In this document: positions 50,688 through 64,000 of the stretch, piece by piece
Layout of the letters: every line of letters begins with the position of its first letter
Position numbering within the stretch: position 1 is the first letter of the stretch
Assembly: GCA_016748015.1 (NCBI GenBank)
Contig: JAAOMT010000752.1
Location: 408,884 to 472,883 of the forward strand
DNA: 64,000 bases
Reading direction: 5' to 3'
Source of the DNA: Geosiphon pyriformis uo1
Lineage: Eukaryota > Fungi > Glomeromycota
Program-made: the position numbers and the translations under genes
Notes under the pieces: model-generated
Seen by the model: only the letters and a program-made list of their open reading frames with translations
The model's database searches: none
What the model was told of the DNA's origin: nothing

Positions 50688-51699
50688 TTATAGTTTGGTG
50701 TATAATATTTTTTTTTGAGAGCCAATATCAATAAATTTAATAAATTTGATTGGATTAGAAAAATTGTGGGATAATCTTAATCGAGGTATTGTAACAAACA
50801 CCTAAAGTAATGATCAGTTATCTAACGAAGAAACTAACCAATAATCAAATATCTCAAACGTTTAATTTTTCTCTATGAAAAACTTTAACTGGTATAAGGT
50901 TAAACTTTTAGTATTACTATTCAGTTTTTATTCGAATAAAACTAAATATAAAAGAATGACACCATTGGTGTGTACAAAATATTTTATATTATTACTAATT
51001 TGATTTATAGTTTAAAAAATAAATATTATATGATATAAAAATAAAATTATAACAAAAATAAGAATGGGAAAAACTTTAAACACTAAAAAGAAAATAACAA
51101 AGAAAATATGAATATCTTTCATATTACATCATTTTGTTATGCAAAATTATGATTCGAAAAATTACAAAGTTTAAAATAAAATCATATATTTTATGTGTAT
51201 ATAGTTTTTAATAATTAAAAAAAAACCTTTATCGAACTAAATCAGGTAAATTAATATTCTAACTACTATTCTAATATTTTTAATAAATAGGTTGTTAGTT
51301 ACAATGACAAAATTTTTTATAAAACAATTTTTTTTTGTTAAAAATCTTTATGCAAATCTTTGAAAAAAAGAATATTAATATATTTAGACAATAATATTAA
51401 AAAAATTTTTTTTTAAAATGTAATGTTTTAAAAAACAGATAAATATAATAATAAAAATAAAATATAAAAAAACATGGTTAATTGTTAAATGAATTTATTA
51501 AATAAGATTTGATTATTTAAAATTATAAATAAATAAAATCAAAATAATTTAATTAATTTTTAATTTTAACAAAGTATTATTTGGTGTATTTTAAAAAAAC
51601 TTGTAAAAATAGATTAAATTATAAAATTACAAAATATTTTTAATATATTTAATGCTTTAAAAATTAAGATTTTAATATTTTTTCTATTTTTTAAAGATA

Positions 51700-53366
51700 A
51701 AAAAATACAAAAAAACCAATTACATATATTTTTTAATTATATAACCAAATATTAATAAATTTTATAAAACATTAAATTTAATAAACAAGTAATATATTTA
51801 TTTATTATATAATTAAAACTCAAAATTATATAAATTTAATTATTATTAAATTATTTTAAAATAGTTTGGTTTTTTAAAAGATTTAATATTACTTTTACAA
51901 ATCAATTATTAAATAGTTATGATTCTTGTTTCAATTAAAAAAATTTTTTTTATTAAAAAAACTTAATCTTAAAAGTTTAATTTTTGCTTAATTTGTTTTT
52001 ACTTTGAAATTTATTAAAAAAAGTAGATTTATAAATAAAAATTTGCTTATATTATTTATGTTATCTTATTAATATCTGTTTAATTTTGGTTGTTTTAATA
52101 TAATTAAAATTAACTTAAATAAGATTTTTTTAAATGTGGTTTTGTTTTTTACAAATAAATTTATTAAAATTATGAATTTTTTTATTATTAATAATTTATT
52201 AACTTATTTTTAAAATTTTAATTTGGATTTATAATTTAATGTTTATAATTTAATATAATTAATATTAGTTAAATTAAAAATAGTTGTTTTAATATTAGAG
52301 TTTATATTAACATCTAATAAATTTGTTACTAAATTAAACAATCAAATATTTTAAATATATATAGATATAAATTACATATAATTAAACTTAATTTTTGCAA
52401 TAAATATTAAATAGAAAAATAATATCTTAATAAAATTATTAAAAAAATATTTATCTGTTAATTAAGTTAAGATAAAAAACTATTTTGATATTATAGACAA
52501 TAAATTAGCTAATATATTAATAAACAAAATTATAAATATTGTTTTTTAATATTAAAAAATGATTTTTTTGGTAAATAATAAAATAGTTTTTAAAAATACT
52601 TAGTATTTTGTAAAAAAAATTATTTAATTTATTGAAATACTAATATATATATTATTAAGTTTATTAATAAATTTTTAACAAAAATTTTAGTTTAATACGA
52701 ACTATTTTAATATAATATTTTAATAAATATTTAAGATCTGATTTATTAATTTTTATACTGATTTTATAAAAGCTTTTCATAAAAAATTTATTGGTTATTA
52801 CAAAAAACTTTATAATTTTAATTATTTAAATATAAATTACATTTATTACAGTTTAAAAAAAATTTTAATCATATTTTTTTGTGTATTTTTAATTTTATTA
52901 CAAGTAAAACTATTATTATTAAATGTTTTAAAAAAAAATTAGCTTGTTTAATTAATTATATTTATATAATTATTATTAAAGACTTTGTTTTTAAAAATTG
53001 CTTTTATTATTTAATATTATTATTAAAACTGACTTATATAATATAAATTTTATTTAAATATTAAGCTAATTAAATTGTTAATAATAGTTTAATTTTAATA
53101 GATTTTTATGATTTAATAGTATTTAACTTAAAAAATTTTGTTTATAATATAAACTTATTTAAAGTTGGTTGATTTATAATTAATTTTTAATAATTTTTAT
53201 GAATATGCAGATGTTTTTAATACTGTAAACACATAATATAGTTTTAATTAACTATTTAAGTTAATTATATATATAAAAAACATGAACTTTACTTATTTTA
53301 AAATTTATTGTAATTGTATTATAATAAGTAGTAATTAAATTGTACTTGTTAAATTAATAAAAAAAA
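51700..53366 (+). mobile_element. Extremely decayed 3' half of the LINE family, ending in the shared tail
   Basis: Ghost RNase H (ttagagtttata...aacaatcaaata ~52296-52348, cf. LKC...DSQA). ataaaagcttttcat...aaactttataat (~52766-52816) matches 4433-4486. Tail tgtacttgttaaattaataaaaaaaa (53341-53366) vs tgtacttgttaagcaataaaaaaaaaa (10811-10837). Left boundary approximate. Confidence 0.55.
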
Positions 53367-54382
53367 TTTGTAATACAAACTATATAATTAAAAAATAAAT
53401 AATATTTAATTTTAAATAAATCAAGTTTTAATAATATTAATTACATTACTTATCAAATAAAAAATATATTAATAATATACTAAAACAAAAATAAATATTA
53501 TTAAGTTAATAATAAATAAATTATAATATTTAAAAAACAAGTCAAACTATTAAAATTACATAAATATTGCAATTATTTAAATGTTTAAAAAAAATTGAAA
53601 AATTATTTTTAATTATTAAATAATATAAATTTATTTTGGTAAAACTTGGTTAGAATTTAAAATTTTAATTTTGATAAATGTACCCAATTAGATTTTACCA
53701 CATCATAATAGAAATTTGTAATACTGTTTTACCCTCACAAAAACCCAAACACCAAAGGCTTAAGTTGGAAAATATTGATGCCAATTTATGGCTTATTGGA
53801 AACTAGGTCATTTCGATATTACTTAACGCAGAAATTTTCATTTAACCACTGACAAAAAAGTTACCTGAGCAATATGAAAATTTTAATTTATGTACTGTGG
53901 TGTCTAATCATTGAGCATGCAAAGATTGATAAAGTTTGTACAGCTAGCTAACCTCCCATTGTAATTAGAAAGCGAATTCGCTTGATTTTCCTTTTAATTG
54001 ACCCACCTTTGCTTCCCTATTAAACATGTAGAAAATGGCATAGAGCAACAATTCACCAGTTGTAATCGCCCAATACTCGAGGTAAATAGGGCGTACAACA
54101 TTCTCGATCTAGCAATATGGCTGACACTAATATTTAAAAGTACAAAAATGACAAAGTTGATCAAGACACAATAGATTAATGATGAAGTCATGAAATGTAA
54201 ATGCGGGCATATTTTATTCAGTTAGAGGTGAATGTTAAAGTCCGTCGAAAGCAAAAACTAATACAGAAAAGGGCATATACGCATATATAAGATAACCAGA
54301 TTTTATACATACAATGAAGGCAATCGCCATATATAATATTGTACATCACACGCGTCACTCTTGCATTATAATTTTTCCTCTA

Positions 54383-57107
54383 TCAAAACTCTTTCAACCC
54401 GCCTTGTGCTACGTAATGAGAATTTTGGCCAAGCCCAAGTAACGGCCCACCCAATTGATGGTGCTGTCCAGCATTAGACACAGATGGATATGTGTGATGC
54501 AACTGTTGCATATGAGCCGGCGTTGTACCCAAGCCTCCCAATGCCGCTGAAGACATACCACCAGCACCTGAATTATTTGTTGGCATACCTCCTAATCCCA
54601 TCAAGCCCGCCATGTTGACATTCGAAAGACCTTGTGCTGCCATTCCTTGTTGATGCAGCCCACCAGGTGCTAATGATAGACTTGCAGCCTGCGACATATT
54701 ACCAGAAAGTCCACCCATTAACGGACGCTCTTCTAGTGCCTCGTACATGAGAACTGCATCTTTCTTGATTTTTTCCCAATTGTTAGGATCAAAGAATATG
54801 TAGCTTCCGTGTTCATATGCTGCCGTTTTCTGGAATGGCTCCGTTCCGGGTTCTTTAGTCAACCAAAGTTTATGATCCCGATGATACCGCCAATTGCGAT
54901 TGTATCTTAACAGCATTTGGCCAATAAATCGAAAAAACCATGTGAGCCAAATTAAAGTAAATAAATAAAAAATGCTTCAAAGAACTCGAAAAACTCCGTG
55001 AGATAATTAACTTATTTAATTTCCCGGATTTAAGGCAAAGATCGAGACGGCACAAATTATGTAGTAAAAACAAACAAACAAACAAACAAGAGAGAGAATT
55101 ATAAAGCAAACTTACAATTCCTGTGCGGCTACTTCCTGTAAATAATCTCGTGGCATGCTATAAAAAATGTAGAACAGCGTTTCATCTAACAACGAGGATA
55201 TGTTCTTCTGAGCAGGTGGCGGTGGTTGAGCATTGTAGCATGATGGGAGATGATATTCAGGCTCAATCAGGCCAGCTAGCTGATTGTTGTCTGCCCAAGG
55301 GGAGGTGAACGTTGTATAAAGTGCACTGCTACTCAAAAAAAGCAATGGAAGATTCCAATTCAACTTTATAATAAGTTACGTAATTGAGGATTTTAAATAC
55401 ATTTTTTTGGATTCCTAGAATATCCCTCCTTCCAGGGACCCAAAAAACGTTTTACCTCGATTCGATACATACTCTGGGGAATTCAGATTAAGACCCAGGG
55501 TTGACAGATCACTCCCCAAAGCCAGCATGCTTAGGTCAGGATCAGTCATCCGTATTACATTTAACAAGCCCATTAGTCCATAAAAGTCACCTGATGAAGA
55601 CGTCATACTCGAAGATGATGGTGACTGATTTATTGTAGAATTATTAGAGTTATGAAGATTCGATATGCCACCTGTCATAGAATACGAGGGTACGCCGACG
55701 AGTGTCGAGGTGGATAGATAAGGTGTAGAAGATCTTAGATTTTCGGCAAGGGAATACGGGTTGAGAGATGACGACATGGCTGTTGAGAGTGATTGTTGTT
55801 GAACCTGAGAATGTAAGGAATTTCCTTTCGTCACGTAATTCTAAGGCATAAAAATATATTGCAAAATTCAAGGGTGAAGAAACCAAAAAAAGTTGATTAT
55901 TACTGTTTTAAAATTTAAGGGTATGGTTTTTTCATTTCGAAACCAGTAATAAGAGGAAAGATGCCAATTCTGGTTATTGATATTTCCATTGACACACCTT
56001 TTTGTCCTGTTCGGACAGGGAATTTATCGGCGGTTGAACTGTTGTCCTTATCCCACCTGATCACGACATCAAATAGTTAATTCTCTCTGTTTTTATAGCT
56101 AATTATCTCTGAACCAAATTTCCAATGACAAAGCTAACCGGACTTAAGAAACTTGAAGCTTTTATATACCTACCAAGTGATAAACGACCATCCTGTAAAG
56201 ATGCTGATGGCAAAGAGGTTGCCAAGCTACTTGTGCTAGTCAGTGAATCAAGGGCACTTGACTGCTGATGATTTACCAGATGATGTTGTGATGACGATTG
56301 GTTGCCAACTAAGGATCGATTACTGGTTGAATTACTTGAGGCACCAGGTAGTGCAGGAAAATCATCATAAGTTAGCTCTTGTATCGGCTGTTGATGATGA
56401 AGTGAACGTCCATCATTAGGTCCGTTTGCACTAGATCCTGTTCCAGCCGTGGTCGCATAACTTGATCCGAGACCGCTCGTCGATGCATTACTGGCCGTAG
56501 TATTTGCACTCCCTAGTGCAGGAAATTCAGACAAATCCAATATATCATTTTGTTGCGAATGAACGTTATGTAGGGCACCTTGGTATCCTGGAAACTGCTG
56601 CTGCTGTCTTGGAGCCAGGTTTTGCGTCGTTAACGAAGAACCTGGCGTATAATTCCATGAGGGTACATTCGATCCTAGATATGTAAACGTAGATGATCAT
56701 AATTCGATAGGGTGAGATCATAATCATTGAAAATAAACCTTGAGGTATTATCGATGGGCTAGATCACGCCCCAAACATTCCAGGAAATGATGCAAAAAAT
56801 TCGGGTTAGTACCAATCCTGCCGTTTGTTCTTGCCATCAAAGGGTTCCCCCCTACAGCGCGTTGAGCCATAGAATTAGTCTGATAAGGTGAATTCATGGG
56901 GCCCGGTCGGCCGGCTTGTTGTGCAGGATTTACTACTGTTTTATAAAGTATGAGTCAACGATTTATGATGTAGAAAGAATGAAGTTTTAAACTTTTTTTT
57001 CAGCTCTCACCAGTTATACCTGACCTACTCATCATGCCTCCGCCCGGTTGTGGGCCAAACCGGTTTGGATTGTTTAGGGGTTTTACGATGTTGCTGTTCA
57101 CAGGCAT
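54383..57107 (-). CDS. NOT2: CCR4-NOT complex subunit NOT2 (CNOT2/Cdc36)
   Basis: TDPDLSMLALGSDLSTLGLNLNS, EPEYHLPSCY, DETLFYIFYSMPRD, AAQELYNRNWRYH, GSYIFFDP (NOT box); two EFPAL/DFPAL motifs. Exons approx. 57107-57011, 56935-56812, 56674-56174, 56056-55998, 55840-55473, 55325(8)-55116, 54905-54383; exon 2 donor uncertain. Confidence 0.95.
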
Positions 57108-57249
57108 TGAAGTAGCGACGTGTGAATTTTTGAGAGGTAGAATTTCACCGACTTTTTTTCAGCGAAAGCTGACACTTGTTTACTTTTACTTGATACACAG
57201 AAAAAAGTTTAGACTTTGTAATACTTTTGTGGCTCTTCAATTTAGGTGA

Positions 57250-57263
57250 TTATCACGTGATAA
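57250..57263. promoter_or_regulatory. 14-bp palindrome TTATCACGTGATAA (E-box core) upstream of NOT2
   Basis: Perfect palindrome ~145 bp upstream of the NOT2 ATG; CACGTG is the canonical bHLH site. Confidence 0.45.
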
Positions 57264-60200
57264 GTTTCGAGGTATTATCTACAGGTTTATCATTGAGTTT
57301 CCCACGCTTTTTTGAGAAGTTAGGATTTCGCCATTCGGGCCTGATTCAAAGTGGTACAATTTTATAAATGTCAAACGTGATTTAAAAAGTACATCAATAT
57401 TTGAATGCAACAGGTAACGTGGAGGAGATGCTACTTGGTGGGGGTGTAAGAATTTTTGTTCTAAGTTAAATTATTCGGGAATCATCGAAAAAGATCAGCA
57501 AAGAGAATGTTGGGAAAATGCCAATGTTGTTCACACATTTCCCAAAAGATGTTCCAAAATGATCTTCTAACAAGAGGCCTATCATGGATGAATGGGCTGA
57601 TGCTGTTGTTGTGCACGTACCTGGTGAGACAAATTATTGTTTGCTGATGTGGCAAAGTGGCTTCTCATAGACCTACCTAGAAGAATTTTAATCACACCAC
57701 TTTTAAGGTTATAGAATTAAAAAATCTTAAAACCACACGTAATTTTACGCTTGGAATATATTTCTTCAAGACCAAGAACTTATTCTGAATATTTAATAAA
57801 AGCCTATGATTAGATATTTGAGTCACACCATCAATTTATTGTTTGTAGTATCTAATTATTGCTATTAAATAGAGTTTTGTTTACATTTTAAGGTAACGAA
57901 TTTAATAAATAAAATATTATTTTGACAATAAATATTTTGGCAAATTTATTTTGATTGGAGAATTAATTTGAAATGTATTATTTATTGAAAAATATTGAGT
58001 TTTATCATGGTTTACCAAGACATATTCAGTTGTCGTATTTCATGACCAAAAAGTTTGATGAGAAAATAAAGCAAGAAATGAGTATTTATTATTTATAGCT
58101 GTTATTATTATTATTATTATTATTATTGCTATTATTATTATAATTATTTCATCAATTATCTGCATACAAACTTAGAATCAACATTAAGAATGTATTTTTT
58201 ACAATATCCGATTAAAACATTTTCCAATTATTTTTGGTTTCATCTTTTGTCAAAAAAACTTTAATTATATTTTGTTTTTAAAATTTGATATTAATCTGTT
58301 TAATTTTCCTTAATTATTTTGTAATAGTTAAGAACATTCTGACACTTTGTTTTATAATGTATGATATGTAGAAAGCGTGAAAAGCTTTTAACCAATTATT
58401 TTAAATATCATATTAAATGAATTTTAATTTTATAAAAATATTTAAGAATTTTGATTTGTCAAATTAAAGTTCTTGCAACCTTTAAATTTGCAACCACTTG
58501 AGAAAAAAACTTTATCTGAGCAGTTTGATTCCTTGATTTGTACAATTTTCGCTATGTTTTTTTGTAACTTTTTGCTCAATCTTTAAGATAAAGTTAAGAA
58601 TATGATAAGACTATTATATATTCTTTTATGATTTTGGTTTCACAGACACAATCGGGTTTTTAATCAAGATATCCTTATTGCATCGCACATAATCTGGTTC
58701 TTTTTCGTGGAAATTTTGGGATCACATTGTTGTACAATGTCACTCAAAATATTTCAAAGAATCCCTAATTCTAGGTTTTCCATAAATGGGGTCATGTATA
58801 CATGGCGACTTCTTTTTCCGTAGATAAATTGTTTTTTAAAAATCAATTGCGGTGAAAACGGCTGTAACTGGTGGCAGAGTTTTAATAAAGCTGGATTATT
58901 AAAACCCTTATTTTGCGCGAAAGTCTGAATATTCTAATAATACCACATTCTCACCTCCAGCTAATCGATGTCCGGTAATTATAAAGACTTATACATTCTC
59001 TCGACTAAATATCTTTGGGAAAAATTGCATCATTGGCTTGTTTTTATATTGAGAAAATGACAGATTCAACTATTACTTTGTCTTTAGAGGTTGGATATTT
59101 TAGATTATTTGGTATGATTTAATTTATATAATAAATTTCTTCGATATGGTTTAAATTTTGATTATTAAATGGAATAAACCCAATAATCTTGGTACAAATT
59201 TGAAAATCCAAGAAAGTATACTCTACAAATTCCTTGGAAATATTTAACTTTTTTTAATTGCTTCCAAAATTTTCGATGGTCAATTTATAATTCGAATGAG
59301 TCAATTTGAAAATTAAAAATAAATTGTTTTCTTGCTTAGCTGTATAATTTTTTGCTCAGAAGAAAGAAGTGTGCTCTTTCAATTCTTTTCTTTAATTCGA
59401 ATTGTTTTCATCAATGACTTATCTATTCTGTGATTTCTGCCCAAGCCTGTTTCGCAAAATATATCATTCTAATTTTTTTTGATATTCAACTAAAAGTTAG
59501 TATAATTGGATTTTGAGGCTTAAGGTAGAATAAATGGTTCATCTGAATTTTTTTCCAATGCAAAAGAGAAGAGAATGATTTATCTGTGGAGACTAGATTG
59601 TGAGTCTTTAAATTAAAATATTTAATCGATAAAACCCGCAAGTTTAGTTGAAAATTTTAAATATACTTTTTCCTTAACATTAAAAGAGATTCCCAATATT
59701 TTCCTGTTTATGGTGTGTTTTGTAAATATTTTTACCCTTTAAACTTTCGTGGTTCATCAAAGTTTTAACGATGCAATTTTTGTTTCGCATACAAGCCAGA
59801 GATTTGTTTAATGGCAAGATTATCTCATGACCTTCCAAACTTGTTTACCGGAATTGGAAATAGAATCTCTATTCGCACTTGGTAGAATAATAAGATTGCT
59901 ATGGTAACGAATAAGTTGAAGATGCTTCTTTAGAATATAGATAGAGATCGAGAAAAAGGTATTTTTTTTTAGGAAGTTATTGAGTTGATCTTTTGCTTCA
60001 TTCACCCCGTAATTTTTATATGTTCACTTTTGTGAATCCTAGGTCTCTAAAACCTATAATTTTCTTTTTTAAGAATGTAATTCAAGTAAAGCACAAATAA
60101 ATAGTCTTTTCCGGTAAAAAAGTTGACATAATAGTCGTTTATAATTACCTTTGCATGGCGATTCTGTCGAATAAGCAAATAAGTCTTTGCCAATTTCGAA

Positions 60201-62579
60201 GAATGATTCCTAAACACTTTCAATATCAAGGCTCAGACAGTGATTAAATGGTTAAAAATTTTCACATTTAAATGAAAATTCATAAAAAAATTTGCAATAT
60301 TATATGTTGATTTAGCTTGAGTATTTCATAATCGGTAAAAATGAAATCTTAAAATCTAACTTTTTCAGTTAAAATAAACAAATTCAAAGCAATTTGAAAT
60401 TTTCAATTATTCTCGTTCGGTTTTTAAATCAATTTAAAACCATTAAATTAGTTAGGGTGGCTGGTCACGTATCTGTGAGTGCACGATCCACTTCTAATGT
60501 ATGACAAATGAGTTGTACGGTGTTTCTTATGGCATAATAATAAGAAATAAAATTTCTGATTTAGAACTCATCTAGGGAGTTAGTGCCAAAACCTGGGGTA
60601 TATCTGATGTATTGGAAATGCCCACCAATGATCACATTATTTAATATGTAATTTGATTATAATTTTCTCCTCCATTTGGTTAGTGTCTTTTTTAGACCTG
60701 TAATAAAACATTATCACTTCTAAAATAAGCTTCGAATCATGAATTTTGTATTTCTTTTAGATATGGATACTTTTAAAATAAGGTTTTATTTAATTTTCAA
60801 TAAAAAAAGGGATTTTTATTTATTTTATCAATTTGTACACATAATTTTTTCACCAATTAATTAAAATTTAAAAATGAATATTTGTTTATGTGTTCCTTTA
60901 CTTTAAAAGATATCAAAGTTTGAAAACTTTAATTTAAATAATGTAATAATTATAAAATTATTTTTTATTTGTGATTTAAACTAATATTTTTATGATTTTT
61001 TTGTAGCTTTTCAAATTTTTTGATTTTTTATATAAACATAATTTTATTATTATTATTATTATTATTATTATATCATTTTGTAATATTTTTATATATAATT
61101 AATAAAATTAAAATATGAATAAATATGTATTATAATTTTATTATTCTGCTATTTTTTTGTGCTTCCTTATAAAAAAATTTTATTTTATCTATGAATATAT
61201 ATGTATATATTTTCATTCGAGAAAAAACAAACCCCGATATTGAAAGTAAAAACACAAAAACACAAAAACACAAAAATTCTTATTATTATTATTAAAATAG
61301 CCTAAAATTCCAACTCCAAATTTAATAAATTATTTTAAAATTAATAAAAAAAAGGATATATTAAAGAATTTAAGCAGATATTATTTTTTATATTTATAAA
61401 ATAGAATCAACAATTATTTTACAACATTAATAAAAATGAAAAATTTTAATTAAATTAATATTCATTTTTGTTTAAAATTAATCGATAAAAATAACCAATA
61501 TTCTCAAAATCAATAAAAATTACACAAGATAGCAAAGAAATTTTTTTAACATGTTTCAAAATATTGCGATAATTATAAATATTGAAAAAGATCACAGCTC
61601 AATATTTTATATCTAAATAGGTTTAATTCCTATTTTTCAACTACTTTTTTTCAGTAAAACTATTCGAGAAAACAACTTAATCTATTTTGCTTAAATAAAC
61701 TAATTTTTCTTATCTTAATGTTCAATTAATAAGTTGAAAAAATGTTTTCGATATAATACTCTTATTTAAGCCAAAATAAATTATATAAATATTAAGCTAT
61801 TAGCACTATGCTTTTGGTAATCTTGTGTTGCAATGTGCTGTTTTATACTATCAACCAAAATTTTTAGAAAATTGTTTCAATACTTCTTGGACATATTGAA
61901 GTAATTTTAAATGAATTTTGTCATATTTGTTCAAAATTTTTCAATACTAGTTAATTCAATTTTTTTTGATTAATTAGAATTAAAATTATCAGCTAATTAT
62001 GAATAGTTATTCTCATTAAAAACGAGTTATTAAAATTTTCATATTTTGTCAAAAATATTTATTATTTAAAATTTTATTTTTTAATTAAATTAAATTATCA
62101 TTATGTCTTTTTATTTGAATTATGTCTCTACAATAATTTTATATTATGTCATAATTTATTAACAAATTTTTATTATATTTTTAATTAAAAATAAATATAT
62201 TAATTTTAAAAATTTAAATATTATCAACAAAGCTGCAAAAAAATTAAATACAATTTTATCAATTATTATTATAAAATTAATCCAAATTTATTTTTTAATT
62301 CATTTAATAAAGGACTGTTAAAATATAATTAATATCTATTATTAAATTTTAAAAATATAAATTGAGACATAAAATTATAACAGTTGCATTATTTTTTATA
62401 AACAATTTTAACCAATTTCTCTACTTTTAAATTTTTCTTTCAAAAAATTAGTAACTGTAATTAGTGAGACTGATCACATTAATTAAATCACTTATATATT
62501 CAATTTGGTTTTGTTAATTAAATTTAGTTATTTTTACTTTATTTATTAGTTTGTTAATTTACCTTAATTAGTGACTTCT

Positions 62580-63820
62580 CTCTAAATACTTATTTGTTGT
62601 CTTTAGAATGCTTCTTGGAGTTTTTATTGGATCAAGTGTCTAGTATAATGTGCAAGTTCAACAATGTAAATTTGGTGCCTTTGGCTCTTCTTTCTCCTCC
62701 TCATGACTCAGCTGGTTTAATTATTATTGATTTGAATTCGGATTTGAAAATAGTGTTAGATGGCTTAGAAGTTGTTCTTTCATCTTTTTTTTTGATCACT
62801 ATTAAATTTTTGGTTTTGGATTTGAGTAGTTTGAAGGTCTTGACCACTAAGGTGGACAGTTTAGAATCTAAATTGGTGGCCCTTAAGGCTTCTGTTAGTT
62901 CTGTTTTGGTGAAGTTAGATCATTTGTGTGCTGGTTCAGATTTTTTGGTGCATTTTTCATCCCAATAAGTGATTTGGTATAGAAGATTGTTATGTGTAAT
63001 GTTTGTAATATTAATGTTCTAGTTAAGCAAAAGAACGTTGTGTACTAGCATATAAAGTCTGGCAATATGGTTTCAATTATCACTAAGACAAAGTTAAGAT
63101 TTAGTATTAGTTCTTGGATTATAAACAAGTTTAAAAAGGTGTGGATTTTTGTATCTGGTTTGAATAAGGGTTTTTTTTGGTACTGGGATAGCCATTATAA
63201 TGAACAGTTTTTTAGCATACTATGTTTTAAAAATTGAAGAAGTTCCTGGTTGAATTGTTTCAGTATGGTTTCTTTTTAAAAGCAAGCTTTTAGTTACAAT
63301 TCTGGATTTGTATGTTGGTGCTTTTGTTGAGGTTAGGTTTGGTTAGGCTTTGAAAATTAACTCTCTCATAGCTAAGGCAGTTAACTCTAGTAGTTTTGTG
63401 GTCTTGAGTGGGGATTTCAATAAGGATGGATCTAAGAAGAGTGTGAGTTTTAAGTTTTATTTGAATTTAAATCTGGTCAATTTATTTGATAAGCATTCAT
63501 TGATTAAAACCTCTACTTGAGACAACTCAAAGGGTGTTGAAAAAATCATTGATTATATTTTGGTAAGTGAGGGTCTGTCATCTGTAGTTGCAAATCACAA
63601 AGTCGATTTTATGTCTAAGTTTTTCAATACTGACCATAGAGCTGTCTCAGTTTTGATTGATTTGAATGGTTTTTTGAATGTTTGGTTAAATAACATATAC
63701 AAACAAGCTAACAAGAATTACTAAAAATTCAGAATAAAAAACACAGATGAAATCAAATAGGCTCATTTTAAAGAGTGCTCTTCTAAAAAATTTTCAATTA
63801 TAACAGATGTATTTATGGTG
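62580..63820 (+). mobile_element. Internal LINE fragment: ORF1 C-terminus plus ORF2 APE endonuclease domain, degenerate
   Basis: ORF1 coiled-coil end (62594-62968), then LV*KIVMCNV, TKTKL, GDFN (63410-63421), IDYI (63548-63559) and TDH (63629-63637). Confidence 0.85.
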
Positions 63821-64000
63821 ATTCACAACTGTATAATTTATTAATTAATCAAGTTTTTTAATGGTCATAACTTTAAAATTTTATTGAAAATTATATTTGT
63901 ATTCGTAATATGTGTATAAAAAGAAAAAAATTATACCATTAATTTTGTATTATTATAGCTATTTTTAGTATTTATTTACTAATAAAAATAAATTTTCATA

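Noticed and set aside
50575-50690. snoRNA candidate as U3, U13 or U14
   Set aside because: Only short resemblances; the characteristic rRNA-pairing segments are not evident, so no name is assigned.

Overview
AT-rich eukaryotic genomic DNA with spliceosomal introns, almost certainly from an arbuscular-mycorrhizal-lineage fungus (Glomeromycotina). The basis is expanded tyrosine-kinase-like kinases with an N-terminal Cys motif and an 'IHPGAVYTSR' tail, Sel1-repeat genes and a MATA-type HMG box. From memory (unverified), the retroelement ORFs resemble Geosiphon-type repeats. 1-12 kb is a graveyard of one APE/RT/RNase H LINE family, including an ORF1-only element that carries the same 3' stem-loop tail and poly(A) as the LINE. 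12.4-23.9 kb holds three kinase paralogues plus a fragment, with a 581-N gap, an inverted duplication and mosaic sequence. Next come a Sel1 gene, a hAT-like TIR element, and three small secreted Cys-rich protein genes in direct and inverted duplicated blocks (34-40.6 kb). These are followed by an HMG-box gene, a four-exon divergent Rpb9-like zinc-ribbon gene largely missed by the ORF track (two GC-AG introns), a small Sel1 gene and a hypothetical gene. The window ends with a candidate box C/D snoRNA, another decayed LINE, NOT2 and a LINE ORF1/endonuclease junction. All gene models and alignments were done by eye and need computational confirmation.
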